From Nitrosopumilus sp. (GTDB lineage Archaea > Thermoproteota > Nitrososphaeria > Nitrososphaerales > Nitrosopumilaceae): a stretch of 64,000 nt of DNA. This document shows positions 38,839 through 48,725 of the stretch, piece after piece. Numbering within the stretch: the first letter of the stretch is position 1; each line of letters opens with the position of its first letter. The stretch is taken from NCBI GenBank assembly GCA_965218695.1, contig OZ244651.1:1696001-1760000 (forward strand). The letters are read 5' to 3'. The notes below the pieces were generated by a model. It was not told the origin of the DNA. It was given only the letters and a program-made list of their open reading frames with translations, and did no database searches. Both the position numbers and the translations under genes were made by a program.

Positions 38839-38926
38839 AGACATAATCCGTAATTAGCAGTTAGGCAAAGTGGACGTGGGTGCTAGGCACAGATTCACAA
38901 CAAATCGTTCATTACGGATTATGTCT
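38839..38926. mobile_element. 88-bp MITE-like pair of IS5 (ISL2-group) ends
   Basis: AGACATAATCCGTAAT ... ATTACGGATTATGTCT, same sequence as the IS end at 41127. Confidence 0.75.
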
Positions 38927-39757
38927 CATGGATAGACAGCATTTTTTGTATTTTTTCCCCGAACCACAGGGGCAGCGTTCGTTTCTGCCTACCTTCGGGA
39001 TTGTGTGTGGCCCGGCACTGCCTCTGTCGCCGTCCGCATATTTGTATGGGTTCTCATCGTGATACGAGAAAATGTACAGGGGATCCATTGGAACCCCGCG
39101 TGATGGATTGAACGTGCCAGCATATACGCCGTCAAGATAATCCAGATCGAAATAATCATCTAGGATAAAGCCTGTCTCCAACGAGTCCTTTAGGTATCCG
39201 TACAGGTCGGGATCTTTCAGGTCCAGCAGGACATTGACAAGTACGGTCCTTGTTACAATGTCAGTCTCGTTTTGTGCGGCATCCTTTATCGATGCAACTA
39301 TGCCCGATTTTACCTCCGGATTGTCCATGGCGATCATAATCAACGCGTCTGCCGTGCCGCCTCGCACGAACGTGTCGGCACCATCGTACCGCATGAGGGC
39401 AGTCAACGTCGGTATGGCACCGACCCCCATGTGTGCCAGCACGTACGGCATGTCCTCAGTCAGCCAGTCACCGGTTTCTTCATAATGCCTTATGATGGCT
39501 GTGTTTATGACCAGCTGCGCCCTGTAATGTTTCATCTTGGCCAGAATATGTATTGCACATATTGGAACCAAGCTGTCATCATCCAGATCGTTCCAGTACT
39601 CGTCATCTGTCGCAAGTTGTGCCAAACGATGGAACGACTCTTCCCCCATTTCCAATATGCCGCGTACGGTCTTCTCATCAGTGTAGATTCCATCCGATTC
39701 CAGTATGGAGATCATGCTTGCCATAACCAACAAGCCATGTGAAACGCCGCGATTCAT
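38912..39757 (-). CDS. DUF1186-like HEAT protein with SEC-C motif
   Basis: [13 protein letters not shown]; C-terminal [20 protein letters not shown]; last codons and stop supplied by an IS end. Confidence 0.85.
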   Translation of the reverse strand: MNRGVSHGLLVMASMISILESDGIYTDEKTVRGILEMGEESFHRLAQLATDDEYWNDLDDDSLVPICAIHILAKMKHYRAQLVINTAIIRHYEETGDWLTEDMPYVLAHMGVGAIPTLTALMRYDGADTFVRGGTADALIMIAMDNPEVKSGIVASIKDAAQNETDIVTRTVLVNVLLDLKDPDLYGYLKDSLETGFILDDYFDLDYLDGVYAGTFNPSRGVPMDPLYIFSYHDENPYKYADGDRGSAGPHTIPKVGRNERCPCGSGKKYKKCCLSMRHNP

Positions 39758-39774
39758 TAATGTTGTTCAGTGGC

Positions 39775-39952
39775 GGCTCTGTAAGGTTACGGTGACCCGC
39801 GACTTGACTGATCCGCATCGACTGAAGTATTCGAATCCGGCATCCCGGATCTAGCCCTCACCACCGTCGCTTCACTTGCGGATCCGACTGGGCCAAACCA
39901 CCACAGCCCACGCGCCAGGATGTTGCGCCCGGCATTCTTGTCACGATCCATG
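39775..39952 (-). pseudogene. tnpB: tnpB 3' remnant (RuvC-III plus putative omega-RNA/right end)
   Basis: Manual translation MDRDKNAGRNILARGLWWFGPVGSASEAT...VDADQS; truncated exactly at the IS end at 39953. Confidence 0.75.
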
Positions 39953-41127
39953 AGACATTATCATCCGTAATTGGGCATAACCACGCGATTGGGCACATTG
40001 TCGAACCAAATCCGGTCGGTTGCAGGGATTACAGGTCAATTCGGGCTCACCCGATGATCAAAACTATACGTCAGCCGTGTTTTATTCTGATTGCCAATGT
40101 CAAAGCATGTCATTATACGACAGATTGGCAAAAAAGCCCAAACTGTTCACCCGGTGCACTGGACTGACAGTCTCCGAATTTAATTTGGTGGCAGGGCGGC
40201 TGGCAAAAAAATACCCCAAGGCAGAGCAAAAGCGACTCTCCAAAAGAAGCAGGGTGCGCGGCATCGGTGCCGGACGCAGGTGGAAACTGGATCTGAAAGA
40301 CAGGTTCCTTCTGGTCCTGTTTTATTACAGGACATACGCCACGCAGGATCTTCTTGCCATGGTGTTTCAGGTGGGCCAGGCTAGCGTGTCCCGCAGCATG
40401 GGGGCACTAGAGCCGTCGATCCGGCAGTGCGTTCCGCTTCCGTCAAAGATCTACGCCAGCATCAAGGCCACCAGAACGCTTGACGATCTTGAGGAGATCA
40501 TTCCGGGCATGACTGCCCTGATTGATGCATCCGAGCAGCAGATACAGCGGCCCGGGCGCAAGGACATGGAACGGTCCCACTACTCGGGCAAGGCACACAG
40601 GCACACATCCAAGGTCCAGTACACATCGGCCACGGACGGCCTCATCCTTCACAAGACCAGGCATTCTCCAGGCAGAATCCACGACTTTACAGTATTCAAA
40701 AAGAAACACCCGACGTTCCCTGAGAATCTTCCATGCAAGGACGGGAGCAAGGACAAGGAAAGGATCAAGGTCAGAGAGATCCTGGATGGCGGATACCAGG
40801 GGATCAACAAAGAATTTCCTGACCGGGATGCCGTAGTGCCGTACAAGAAGCAAAAAGGCGCAGAATTGTCCCCCGAGCAGAAGGAATTCAACAAAAAACA
40901 CTCAAAGATGCGGGTGTATGTAGAGCATGCAATCCGCAGGGTCAAGCGGTTTCGCATCATGAGCGACGTCTACCGGAATCGCCTGAAAAAGTACGACACC
41001 GTCAATGACATCGTCTGCGGATTTGCCAACCTCAGGGTTCTCCTAGTCCGGGAAGCAACCGGATAGGAGTCAAAAAACCTACACAGTATGGGAAAATATG
41101 TACAATTGCTAATTACGGATTATGTCT
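39953..41127 (+). mobile_element. IS5-family (ISL2/IS702-like) insertion sequence
   Basis: Left end AGACAT(tatc)ATCCGTAATT (degenerate), right end AATTACGGATTATGTCT; ATG flanks both sides. Confidence 0.85.
40107..41066 (+). CDS. IS5/ISL2-group transposase (DDE_Tnp_4 type)
   Basis: TGLTVSEF, IDASEQ.I.RP, YSGK, LDGGYQG, RVYVEHAIRRVK. Confidence 0.92.
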   Translation: MSLYDRLAKKPKLFTRCTGLTVSEFNLVAGRLAKKYPKAEQKRLSKRSRVRGIGAGRRWKLDLKDRFLLVLFYYRTYATQDLLAMVFQVGQASVSRSMGALEPSIRQCVPLPSKIYASIKATRTLDDLEEIIPGMTALIDASEQQIQRPGRKDMERSHYSGKAHRHTSKVQYTSATDGLILHKTRHSPGRIHDFTVFKKKHPTFPENLPCKDGSKDKERIKVREILDGGYQGINKEFPDRDAVVPYKKQKGAELSPEQKEFNKKHSKMRVYVEHAIRRVKRFRIMSDVYRNRLKKYDTVNDIVCGFANLRVLLVREATG

Positions 41128-41416
41128 ATGGTAGTCGGCCTAATCCGCCGGACAAGGGTTCTCGCAATGGGCGTGACCGGAGGCGCGTTTTGGGTTGGCG
41201 TGGCAACACCAGATCCGCTCCCGGCTGGCCGTCCCGGGCTTTGCCGCCTCCCTTAATCCATGCGGCTTGTGGCAACCTAGCAGCGTGCGCCTATGAAGTA
41301 TTGTCCATGAACTATATAATTAATATGTATATATTCACATGTATATATATTGATACCCATATATAGACATATATCGATATAACTAGCTTTATCAAAGGTA
41401 AACGTGTATATCCAGC

Positions 41417-41566
41417 GTGAATAAAGTGTTGGATTTTGTATCCGTAGTATCCCACCAAGGAAAAATGAGGGTGATCGTCATCCCAAAACGATTCCACAAG
41501 AACGTAGATGACCTTGATGGAAAGCAGATCCGAATTATCGTGGAAGATATTTTGGCAGATCTATAG
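41417..41566 (+). CDS. 49-aa AbrB-like (swapped-hairpin) DNA-binding protein
   Basis: Manual translation MNKVLDFVSVVSHQGKMRVIVIPKRFHKNVDDLDGKQIRIIVEDILADL; AT-rich promoter region upstream. Confidence 0.6.
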   Translation: MNKVLDFVSVVSHQGKMRVIVIPKRFHKNVDDLDGKQIRIIVEDILADL

Positions 41567-41827
41567 GAAGAAGTCTAGAATTTTTGTGTCTGATAGCCCA
41601 TGGTTGCTGCATGCCTGATGCTCGAGCCCTTTTTTTGGGCGCCTGAACTGCAATTCAAAGGCTTCCTTTTGACAGCTTGGTCGGCGGTGCCGTGCCACTA
41701 TCGCGGCGTCGCATCGTATCTCCCGGCAAGCCAGCAGTGCCCGGGTATCTGCGGATCTACCCCAAGGATAGAGCCAGGTGTGGCATGAATGTCACTAATC
41801 AAAAAATAGAAAAGATGTGCGTGTAGA

Positions 41828-42154
41828 TTATGCAAGCGCACGGTTGATCATGTTCTGGTATGATTCCTTGGAGGCTGCGCCGACCTGCTGGCTGACTACC
41901 TCTCCCTTGTTGAAGAGTATCAGTGTCGGAATGCTAAAGACGTTGTATTTTGAAGCCAGTTCTCCGGCCTCGTCGACGTTAACCTTGACAAACTTTACTT
42001 TGCCTTCATACTCGCCTGCGAGATCTTCGACTACGGGACTGACCATTCTGCATGGACCACACCACTCAGCCCAAAAGTCTACAAATACAGGTACGGAGGA
42101 GTTCATCACGTCAACCTCCCAGGATCGTGCATCTGAAACTTGAGTAACACCCAT
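41828..42154 (-). CDS. trxA: Thioredoxin
   Basis: WAEWCGPC; start MGVTQV. Confidence 0.94.
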   Translation of the reverse strand: MGVTQVSDARSWEVDVMNSSVPVFVDFWAEWCGPCRMVSPVVEDLAGEYEGKVKFVKVNVDEAGELASKYNVFSIPTLILFNKGEVVSQQVGAASKESYQNMINRALA

Positions 42155-42372
42155 GTAGGGTAACATAAACTGCATACCTAAAAACGTTAACCAGAATTCA
42201 ACATCTGATAGTGTCGATAAAACGGTAGAAAAAGTTACCATCATACCGCCATCCAACCGCGTTCTGCCGGCAGACCAAATGCTGCGGTTGCCCAATATGC
42301 AGCCGGTATCGGCTCATATGACCAAACCGCCATTTCCATATACTTAAATGATGTATTGTGAAATGTTCAGGC

Positions 42373-43107
42373 ATGAGTTCGGAATTGAGATCGAAGAAGC
42401 TTCGAGGTTCTGGAGGATATGTGATGGCAAGTGTCACAGACGAGCAACAGGTAAAGGGAAACCTAGGCGGACCTGACCTGTTTCTGGCTCCAATTGGCAG
42501 GTTGGATGATGAAAAAATTTCCAAGTATTTCTGCAACACGTGCGACAAGGATTTTGAGGGCCCCCCAAAAATTGAGTTTGAAAATCCCAACGAGGAAGTT
42601 GCAGAGAATTTGATTCTTGTAGAAAAGGGACAGTACATCTGCAGTGCATGCAATATGACGATTGCAGAGTACAGGGACTTTAGAAAACCTGACGAGGCCC
42701 AAGACGTAGGAAGTGCAAAGCCAATAGAACCCCAGGCGGCTCAACCGGAACCTGTGGCAGAGGCTCAACCGGAACCTGTGGCAGAGGCTCAACCGGAACC
42801 GGCAGCAACTCAGTCCAGTTCATCGTCAATTGAAACCATCGAAGGAAGATCAGTATACGATGAGAATGCAAACAGGATAGGCGTGGTAAGACGTATTGGT
42901 ATTGATTCGACGCAGTCAATGATTCTGGTTATTACAAAAAACGACGGCACAGACATACATGTTTCATGGAATAGTGTCAAAAAGATTGGCGAGATAATTC
43001 TTCTAGGAAAGTCGCAGCCTGATGCGCAATCTGGAAAATGCGCAGGTTGCGGATTTGCAAACAAGGACGGGGCCAAGTTCTGCGAAGAGTGCGGTGCCAA
43101 GATCTAA
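42373..43107 (+). CDS. Zn-finger / PRC-barrel / zinc-ribbon protein
   Basis: CNTC...CSAC, PRC-like GRSVYDENANRIG...IGEIILL, CAGC...FCEECG; 24-nt tandem repeat (AQPEPVAE). Confidence 0.8.
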   Translation: MSSELRSKKLRGSGGYVMASVTDEQQVKGNLGGPDLFLAPIGRLDDEKISKYFCNTCDKDFEGPPKIEFENPNEEVAENLILVEKGQYICSACNMTIAEYRDFRKPDEAQDVGSAKPIEPQAAQPEPVAEAQPEPVAEAQPEPAATQSSSSSIETIEGRSVYDENANRIGVVRRIGIDSTQSMILVITKNDGTDIHVSWNSVKKIGEIILLGKSQPDAQSGKCAGCGFANKDGAKFCEECGAKI

Positions 43108-43193
43108 GAAAAATACAGTCAAATTAACGCGCCCGTATTTGGAGAGGTATTAGTTCCCTAACAAATTTAATCAGTAACATCAACAAGCAGGCA

Positions 43194-43931
43194 ATGAGAT
43201 TTTTCTCAAGGTCTGTTAAAAGAGAGATAGGCAAGAGTGTAGCTATCGTAGTGGTCGGAATTGTAATCATCTGGATCGTGCTCCTGATAGGCTTTGGAAC
43301 GATGAATCCATTCTATGTTGTCGCAAGCGGGAGCATGAGGCCGGCCCTGGAGGTATACGACGTGCTGGTGGTGCAGGGGAACATACCGTTTGAGGATGTG
43401 CGGCTGGGCGACATCATTGTGTTTGACCGGCCCTCGGATCACAACAGGGTAATAGTCCACAGGGTGGTTTCCATCATGGATGACGATCCCAAGACCATCA
43501 TGACCAAGGGCGATGCAAACAGGGCATCGATTCCCGGAACCGACTTCCCCATCACAGAGGACGAATACCTTGGAAAGGTCATATACACGGTTCCGGGTGT
43601 GGGATACGCCACGCAGGTACTCAAGCCGCCGGTCAACTACATCATAATTGCAATTGTCATAGGAGTCGTGGTGATGAGGCAGATTAGAAAGGGCAAAAAA
43701 GAAGAGAGTTCTGAAGAGTCAGAGCCGTCATATGACATATCGGACATGACTGACCTGAAGAGGGATCCAGAGTACGAGGATGCGGGGGTTCAGGATGGCA
43801 AACCGGAGAATCACCCGGATGATGCAGACAAGGGTGATGGTGATGGTGATGGTGATGGTGATGGTGATGGCAAACCGGAGAATCATCCGGATGATGTAGA
43901 CAAGGGTGATGGTGATGATGGCAAAAAATAA
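43194..43931 (+). CDS. Signal peptidase I (Sec11/SipW type) with acidic repeat tail
   Basis: VASGSMRP, GDIIVF, IVHRV, TKGDAN. Confidence 0.92.
   Translation: MRFFSRSVKREIGKSVAIVVVGIVIIWIVLLIGFGTMNPFYVVASGSMRPALEVYDVLVVQGNIPFEDVRLGDIIVFDRPSDHNRVIVHRVVSIMDDDPKTIMTKGDANRASIPGTDFPITEDEYLGKVIYTVPGVGYATQVLKPPVNYIIIAIVIGVVVMRQIRKGKKEESSEESEPSYDISDMTDLKRDPEYEDAGVQDGKPENHPDDADKGDGDGDGDGDGDGKPENHPDDVDKGDGDDGKK
43796..43925 (+). repeat. Duplicated GKPENHPDDxDK unit with (GGTGAT)n microsatellite
   Basis: Two copies of GGCAAACCGGAGAATCAyCCGGATGATG..GACAAG each followed by GGTGAT runs. Confidence 0.85.
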
Positions 43932-44077
43932 CACATTCCATTAACCGGTTTCGTGCCAAGGAATTCGTCTGTCTTGTACCGTCGGATTGTTAATCCTCAC
44001 ACATGAGCAACCAAAAAGGAATGGCCAGGGGCATGACGGGTGTTGGAACGCAGGCGTCACTCAAGTGCCACATGTAC

Positions 44078-45604
44078 CTACAGGACCGAGTCCTTTGTCT
44101 TAAAGACCCTCTTAAAGTACTCGGAAGGCTCTGCAGGCTCCTGGATGTCATTTGTGATGCCTGCCAGATTCTTGGCAAGGTTCTTCTTGTAGCCTATCTG
44201 CATCTGCCGCTGGATCTGAATTCTCTGGGCCTGCGGCGAGCCGGCGCCATGCATTGACTCGGTAAGATAGCCTACTGCGTTTCTGCCAAGCGTCATGTTC
44301 TCAATCAGTCTCAGAATCCTCATCCTGTTCTCAACGTCGGTGCCCTTTCTTCCTGCCAGGTACTTTTTGAGCAGCGGGCCGGCCTCGGGATGCCTAAAGT
44401 CCTTCTCGGATGGAAGCGTCACCACCAGTCCTCCTGCAATGTCCTGTGCAAGCCTGCTTATCTCATATGGGAACCGGGTCACGTTGTGCTTGCAGACCTG
44501 GGCGAGCATGTCATCGTTTAGATAGACGCCGGACTTCATCTTGTGTCCCTGGTATGATGATGCAATTCCTGCGGCAAATATGGTCTCGTTGAGGTGTGTC
44601 ATCTCGGTGATCTTGTCCTTTATGTGGGATACATTGGGGATTCCGTTGTAGTCGGCAATGGTGGCAGCCGCGCCTATCAGGACGTCTCCAAGTCCGGTCT
44701 TGCAGACGTAGCTCCTTCTGTGGTAGCAGGTAAAGCGCTCAATGAGCATCGATGCAAACTCGTACTCCCCGTCCATGAATATGTGCTCCCATGGAATAAA
44801 CACCCGATCGAGTACTATCAGTGCCTCCTGTCCGCCAAACTTTGCGTTGCCGTCATCAATGTCGCCCTCCTCCATGCTTCTCGTATCGCAGGACTGCCTG
44901 CCATAGATGTAGGTGATTCCCTCTGCGTCCGGCGGAATAGCCCCGACAACGCACCATTCCCTGTCGTTTTCAGTAAGTCTGACAGTAGGCATCAGTATTA
45001 TCCAGTGAGAGTTGATGCATCCGGTCTGGTGCGCCTTTGCGCCTGAGACATAGACGCCGTTCTCGTCCCTGTCCACCACTCGCGTGAACAGATCCGGATC
45101 CTCCTGTTCTGACGGACCCTTGCTTCGATCCCCCTTTGGATCCGTCATGGCGCCGCCGATCACAAGGTTCTCCCTCTGAACCATCTTTACAAACTCTAGA
45201 AACCGCGTATGGTAGTTGGTGCCGTGCTTTTGGTCGATCTCAAATGTAGTGGAATGCAGCGAGTTGAGTGCGTCCATCCCCACGCATCTCTGAAAGCATG
45301 TGCCCGTATTCTGGCCCAGTCTCCTCTGCATCTTGTTTTGCATGACCAGATCCTCTGCACTCTCTGCAATGTGCAGGAAACGGTTGATTCTGAGTCCGGT
45401 AAGTGAGGAGTCAGCAGATGCAAGGCCCTCTTCGCGTATTGCAAGGTCGTACGTCTCTGCCACTGCGTTGATTGACGGCCTTATCATGGGGTGATCCACG
45501 GGCTCCTTGACTAGTTCCCCAAACAGGTAGATCTTGAGATTGCGATTTCTAAGGCTCTGAATGTAATCTTCTCCGGTTCTGATGGTTTTCAATATGTTAG
45601 CCAT
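44078..45604 (-). CDS. abfD: 4-hydroxybutyryl-CoA dehydratase (3HP/4HB carbon fixation)
   Basis: CFQRCVG, MTDPKGDRS, YH...YVCK, ESMHGAGSPQAQ. Confidence 0.95.
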   Translation of the reverse strand: MANILKTIRTGEDYIQSLRNRNLKIYLFGELVKEPVDHPMIRPSINAVAETYDLAIREEGLASADSSLTGLRINRFLHIAESAEDLVMQNKMQRRLGQNTGTCFQRCVGMDALNSLHSTTFEIDQKHGTNYHTRFLEFVKMVQRENLVIGGAMTDPKGDRSKGPSEQEDPDLFTRVVDRDENGVYVSGAKAHQTGCINSHWIILMPTVRLTENDREWCVVGAIPPDAEGITYIYGRQSCDTRSMEEGDIDDGNAKFGGQEALIVLDRVFIPWEHIFMDGEYEFASMLIERFTCYHRRSYVCKTGLGDVLIGAAATIADYNGIPNVSHIKDKITEMTHLNETIFAAGIASSYQGHKMKSGVYLNDDMLAQVCKHNVTRFPYEISRLAQDIAGGLVVTLPSEKDFRHPEAGPLLKKYLAGRKGTDVENRMRILRLIENMTLGRNAVGYLTESMHGAGSPQAQRIQIQRQMQIGYKKNLAKNLAGITNDIQEPAEPSEYFKRVFKTKDSVL

Positions 45605-45743
45605 CCCATTCTATTCGTCTTTATGCTGTATAAATATTAGAGGTTATACGGGGATACGCGCATTCGTGCCATGGGTACGGGTAATATTGTATCATACGGC
45701 AGTCATGCACCTGCAGGCTTTATGCCCGGGAATGGGTTCTGGA

Positions 45744-47840
45744 TCAGAGGCCTATCCGGACATCCAGGATGCGGCACCCGCTGCCCTTCTCCATGACAAG
45801 GACCGGATTCATGTCAAGCTCCCTTATCTCCTCAAAGTCCGAGACCAGCTGGGAGAGTCTCTGGATGCACTCTGAGAGCTTGGCAGTGTCGGAGGGCTTC
45901 TCGCCACGGACCCCCTGAAGGAGCTTCTGGGTCTTGATCGAGGCAATCATGTCGTCTGCCTCCCTGTCGGTGACGGGGGCAAGTCTGAACGTGACATCCT
46001 TTAGTATCTCCACGTATATCCCTCCCATGCCAAGCATGATTACAGGACCGAATCCTAGCTCCTGCTTGGAGCCGATGATCATCTCCTTTCCTCCCTTGAC
46101 CATCTCCACAATCAGGACCCCCTTGATCTCGGCCTTGGGATCATACTTTATGGCGTTTGCAGTGACTGTCTCAAAGGCATCCCTCACCTGGTCATCGTCT
46201 GTAAGATTCACCATGACGCCGCCGGCATCTGACTTGTGGATGATCTGGGGGGATGCAATCTTCATCACCACGGGGTATCCTATCTTTCCTGCAACCTCTA
46301 CTGCCTCCTCTGGGTTCCGGGCAAGCGCGCTCTCTGGCAGCGGCAGGCCGTATGCCTTGAGCACCTCCTGTCCCTCTTCCTCGAGCAGGCTGATCCTGCC
46401 GTCCCTCTTGACTGCCGCAAAGACCTTTCTTGCCCTTGTGCGGTTTACCCTGAATCTGCGAATCGTCCCGTCCGCAGAGTCGACCCATTCTGAGAACCTG
46501 ATCATTGCTGCAAGCGTACGGATCGCCCCCTCTGCATAGGTGTAGTACGGGACGTTGCCGGCAGCCAGGATCTCCCTGTTGGTGATTCCCTCGTCAAGTC
46601 CCATCAGGCTTGCAAGCATCGTCTTTTTGTGCTTGCCGGACATCTTGACGATCACCCTTGCAAGCCCATCGTAGTCGAGCGTTCCGGAGGGGGTGCACAT
46701 TGAGATTACCGAGCCCACGTTTGGGTGCCTCAGGACATGGTCCAGCACGCCTGCAAACCGCTCAAAGTTGGCATCACCTACAATGTCGACCGGATTCCTG
46801 GAGCTTCCCCAGGGCGGAATGACAGCATCAATCTTCTCTCGGATGCTTGTAATGTCTGCCATCTTGATCTTCATCTTGGAGCATGCATCAGTCGAGATGA
46901 TTGCAGGCCCGCCTGCGTTGGATACTATAGCAAGGCCGCCCTTTGACGGAAGCGGCTGCTTGGAGAAGGCAGTGGCATAGTCAAACAGTTCCTCCATGGT
47001 GTCGACCCTGATCGCGCCGGACTGCTTGAGCAGGGCATCATAAATCTCATCAGAGCCCATAAGGGCCCCGGTGTGGGACATTGCAGCCTTGGCGCCCTCG
47101 GGGCTGCGTCCTGACTTGAGAACGAGGACGGGCTTTTTGAGATTCTTGGTAATGTTCCTGCAGACCTTGAGGAACTCCTGGCCGTCGCCCATGTCCTCAA
47201 GATACATCACTATGACCTCAGTCTGCTTGTGCTCTGCCAGAATCTTCATGACGTCGACTTCGCTCATTGCAGCCTTGTTTCCAAGGCTGACCACAGCAGA
47301 GAACCCTATGCCCTGTGCGCTTGCATCCTCCACTAGCGCCGCACAGATCGCGCCGCTCTGGGACACCAGGGCTATCTTTCCTGACTTGGGGGTGATCTTT
47401 AGGAACGTGGAGTTCATCATGGTTTTTGGATCAAGGTTCATCACCCCAAGGCAGTTTGGTCCGATAATCTGGATTCCGTATCTGCCGGCAATCTCCTTGA
47501 TCTGCTGCTCGCGTTTTGCGCCCTCCTCGTCGACCTCCTTGAAGCCGGCCGTGATAATTATGACTCCCCTAATCTTCTTCTTGCCGCACTCTTCTAGCAC
47601 GGATGCGACCAGGGTATTTTTAATGACGATTACTGCAAGATCCACCTGTTTGGGAACATCCAGGACGCTCTTGTAGGCCTTTCTGCCAAAGACCGTATCC
47701 CTTGATGGGCTGATGGGGTAGATGACTCCCTTGAATCCGTTCATTATGTTTGATGATATGGTGGCCCCCACGCTTCCCTTCTTGTCGGACGCACCGATTA
47801 TTGCAATCGACTTGGGGGAGAGGAACACGGATTTGGCCAT
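45744..47840 (-). CDS. ADP-forming acyl-CoA synthetase, most likely 4-hydroxybutyrate-CoA ligase
   Basis: GPNCLG, SQSGA, SHTGAL, HKSDAGGV; adjacency to the dehydratase as in Nitrosopumilus maritimus. Confidence 0.88.
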   Translation of the reverse strand: MAKSVFLSPKSIAIIGASDKKGSVGATISSNIMNGFKGVIYPISPSRDTVFGRKAYKSVLDVPKQVDLAVIVIKNTLVASVLEECGKKKIRGVIIITAGFKEVDEEGAKREQQIKEIAGRYGIQIIGPNCLGVMNLDPKTMMNSTFLKITPKSGKIALVSQSGAICAALVEDASAQGIGFSAVVSLGNKAAMSEVDVMKILAEHKQTEVIVMYLEDMGDGQEFLKVCRNITKNLKKPVLVLKSGRSPEGAKAAMSHTGALMGSDEIYDALLKQSGAIRVDTMEELFDYATAFSKQPLPSKGGLAIVSNAGGPAIISTDACSKMKIKMADITSIREKIDAVIPPWGSSRNPVDIVGDANFERFAGVLDHVLRHPNVGSVISMCTPSGTLDYDGLARVIVKMSGKHKKTMLASLMGLDEGITNREILAAGNVPYYTYAEGAIRTLAAMIRFSEWVDSADGTIRRFRVNRTRARKVFAAVKRDGRISLLEEEGQEVLKAYGLPLPESALARNPEEAVEVAGKIGYPVVMKIASPQIIHKSDAGGVMVNLTDDDQVRDAFETVTANAIKYDPKAEIKGVLIVEMVKGGKEMIIGSKQELGFGPVIMLGMGGIYVEILKDVTFRLAPVTDREADDMIASIKTQKLLQGVRGEKPSDTAKLSECIQRLSQLVSDFEEIRELDMNPVLVMEKGSGCRILDVRIGL

Positions 47841-48112
47841 GGGATATGATGGATCAGGAGATTCGCACAATAATAAAGCTACTCAGGAGAAAGGCAGCAT
47901 CCGGCCACGCAGGTTCGTGCCATTCTGCACCATGGCACACCTGAAGATCCTCCAGTCCGGATTCATGAGGCGGGTTTTTGCCTGGTGTCGGATGGGAGAT
48001 GATGCCAGAATGCAGACGATGCATTCGGCAATCGAGGCGAGATCGGGATGGTTTGGGGATGCGTCGTAGGCGGTCCTGCAGAGACTTGCAGGGTGCCGAT
48101 GCAGAACATGGC

Positions 48113-48397
48113 TCAGTCCACTGTAATCTTCAAAAATGCCAGCAGCCCTGCCATCTCTGCAATGCCGACACCCAGCATGTACGGGAATATTTCGTGGGAG
48201 AATATCTCGTCCATGGAAAAGTATGCAAGGGAGCCTATGGCGTTATGCAGAAACAGCATGACGCCGACTACGATCAGGCCCAGCGGGAGCTGCGCGCGCG
48301 TCTTGGCATACATGTTGCCAAATATAGCGATCAGGATGCCCAGAATCCCCATGTTGACTATCGAGATTATCGACAGTACGAGGGTTATGGGTTCCAT
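48113..48397 (-). CDS. Small 3-TM membrane protein
   Basis: Hydrophobic ORF directly downstream of the ArsR gene. Confidence 0.75.
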   Translation of the reverse strand: MEPITLVLSIISIVNMGILGILIAIFGNMYAKTRAQLPLGLIVVGVMLFLHNAIGSLAYFSMDEIFSHEIFPYMLGVGIAEMAGLLAFLKITVD

Positions 48398-48431
48398 GGA
48401 GTGAAAAACGCTCTCATTCTCTTATGTACTT

Positions 48432-48725
48432 TTATCCAATTTTTTTTTCAATGTCTTCTAAAAGTTCGATGTTTACCTCCAGGTATGTAGAGAGAAAATA
48501 CGCCACGCCGTACTTTTCGCCGACGCTGGCAACAAGGTTGTTCTTTTCAAGCACCTGGATGTGGTGCTGGATTGCCTTGTAGTCAAGGTCCAGCTCGTTT
48601 GCAAGCTGGTTTATGTTGAGCGGATTCTGCTTTATCCTTGAGATGATTCTTAGGCGGTTCAGGCCCCCGCGCGTGCCGGCAAATACAAACCAGAGCAGCC
48701 TTCTGGCGTTGGGATCGTTTTTCAC
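48432..48725 (-). CDS. ArsR-family winged-helix regulator
   Basis: AGTRGG.NRLRI, NINQLANELDLDYKAIQHHI.VL. Confidence 0.9.
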   Translation of the reverse strand: MKNDPNARRLLWFVFAGTRGGLNRLRIISRIKQNPLNINQLANELDLDYKAIQHHIQVLEKNNLVASVGEKYGVAYFLSTYLEVNIELLEDIEKKIG

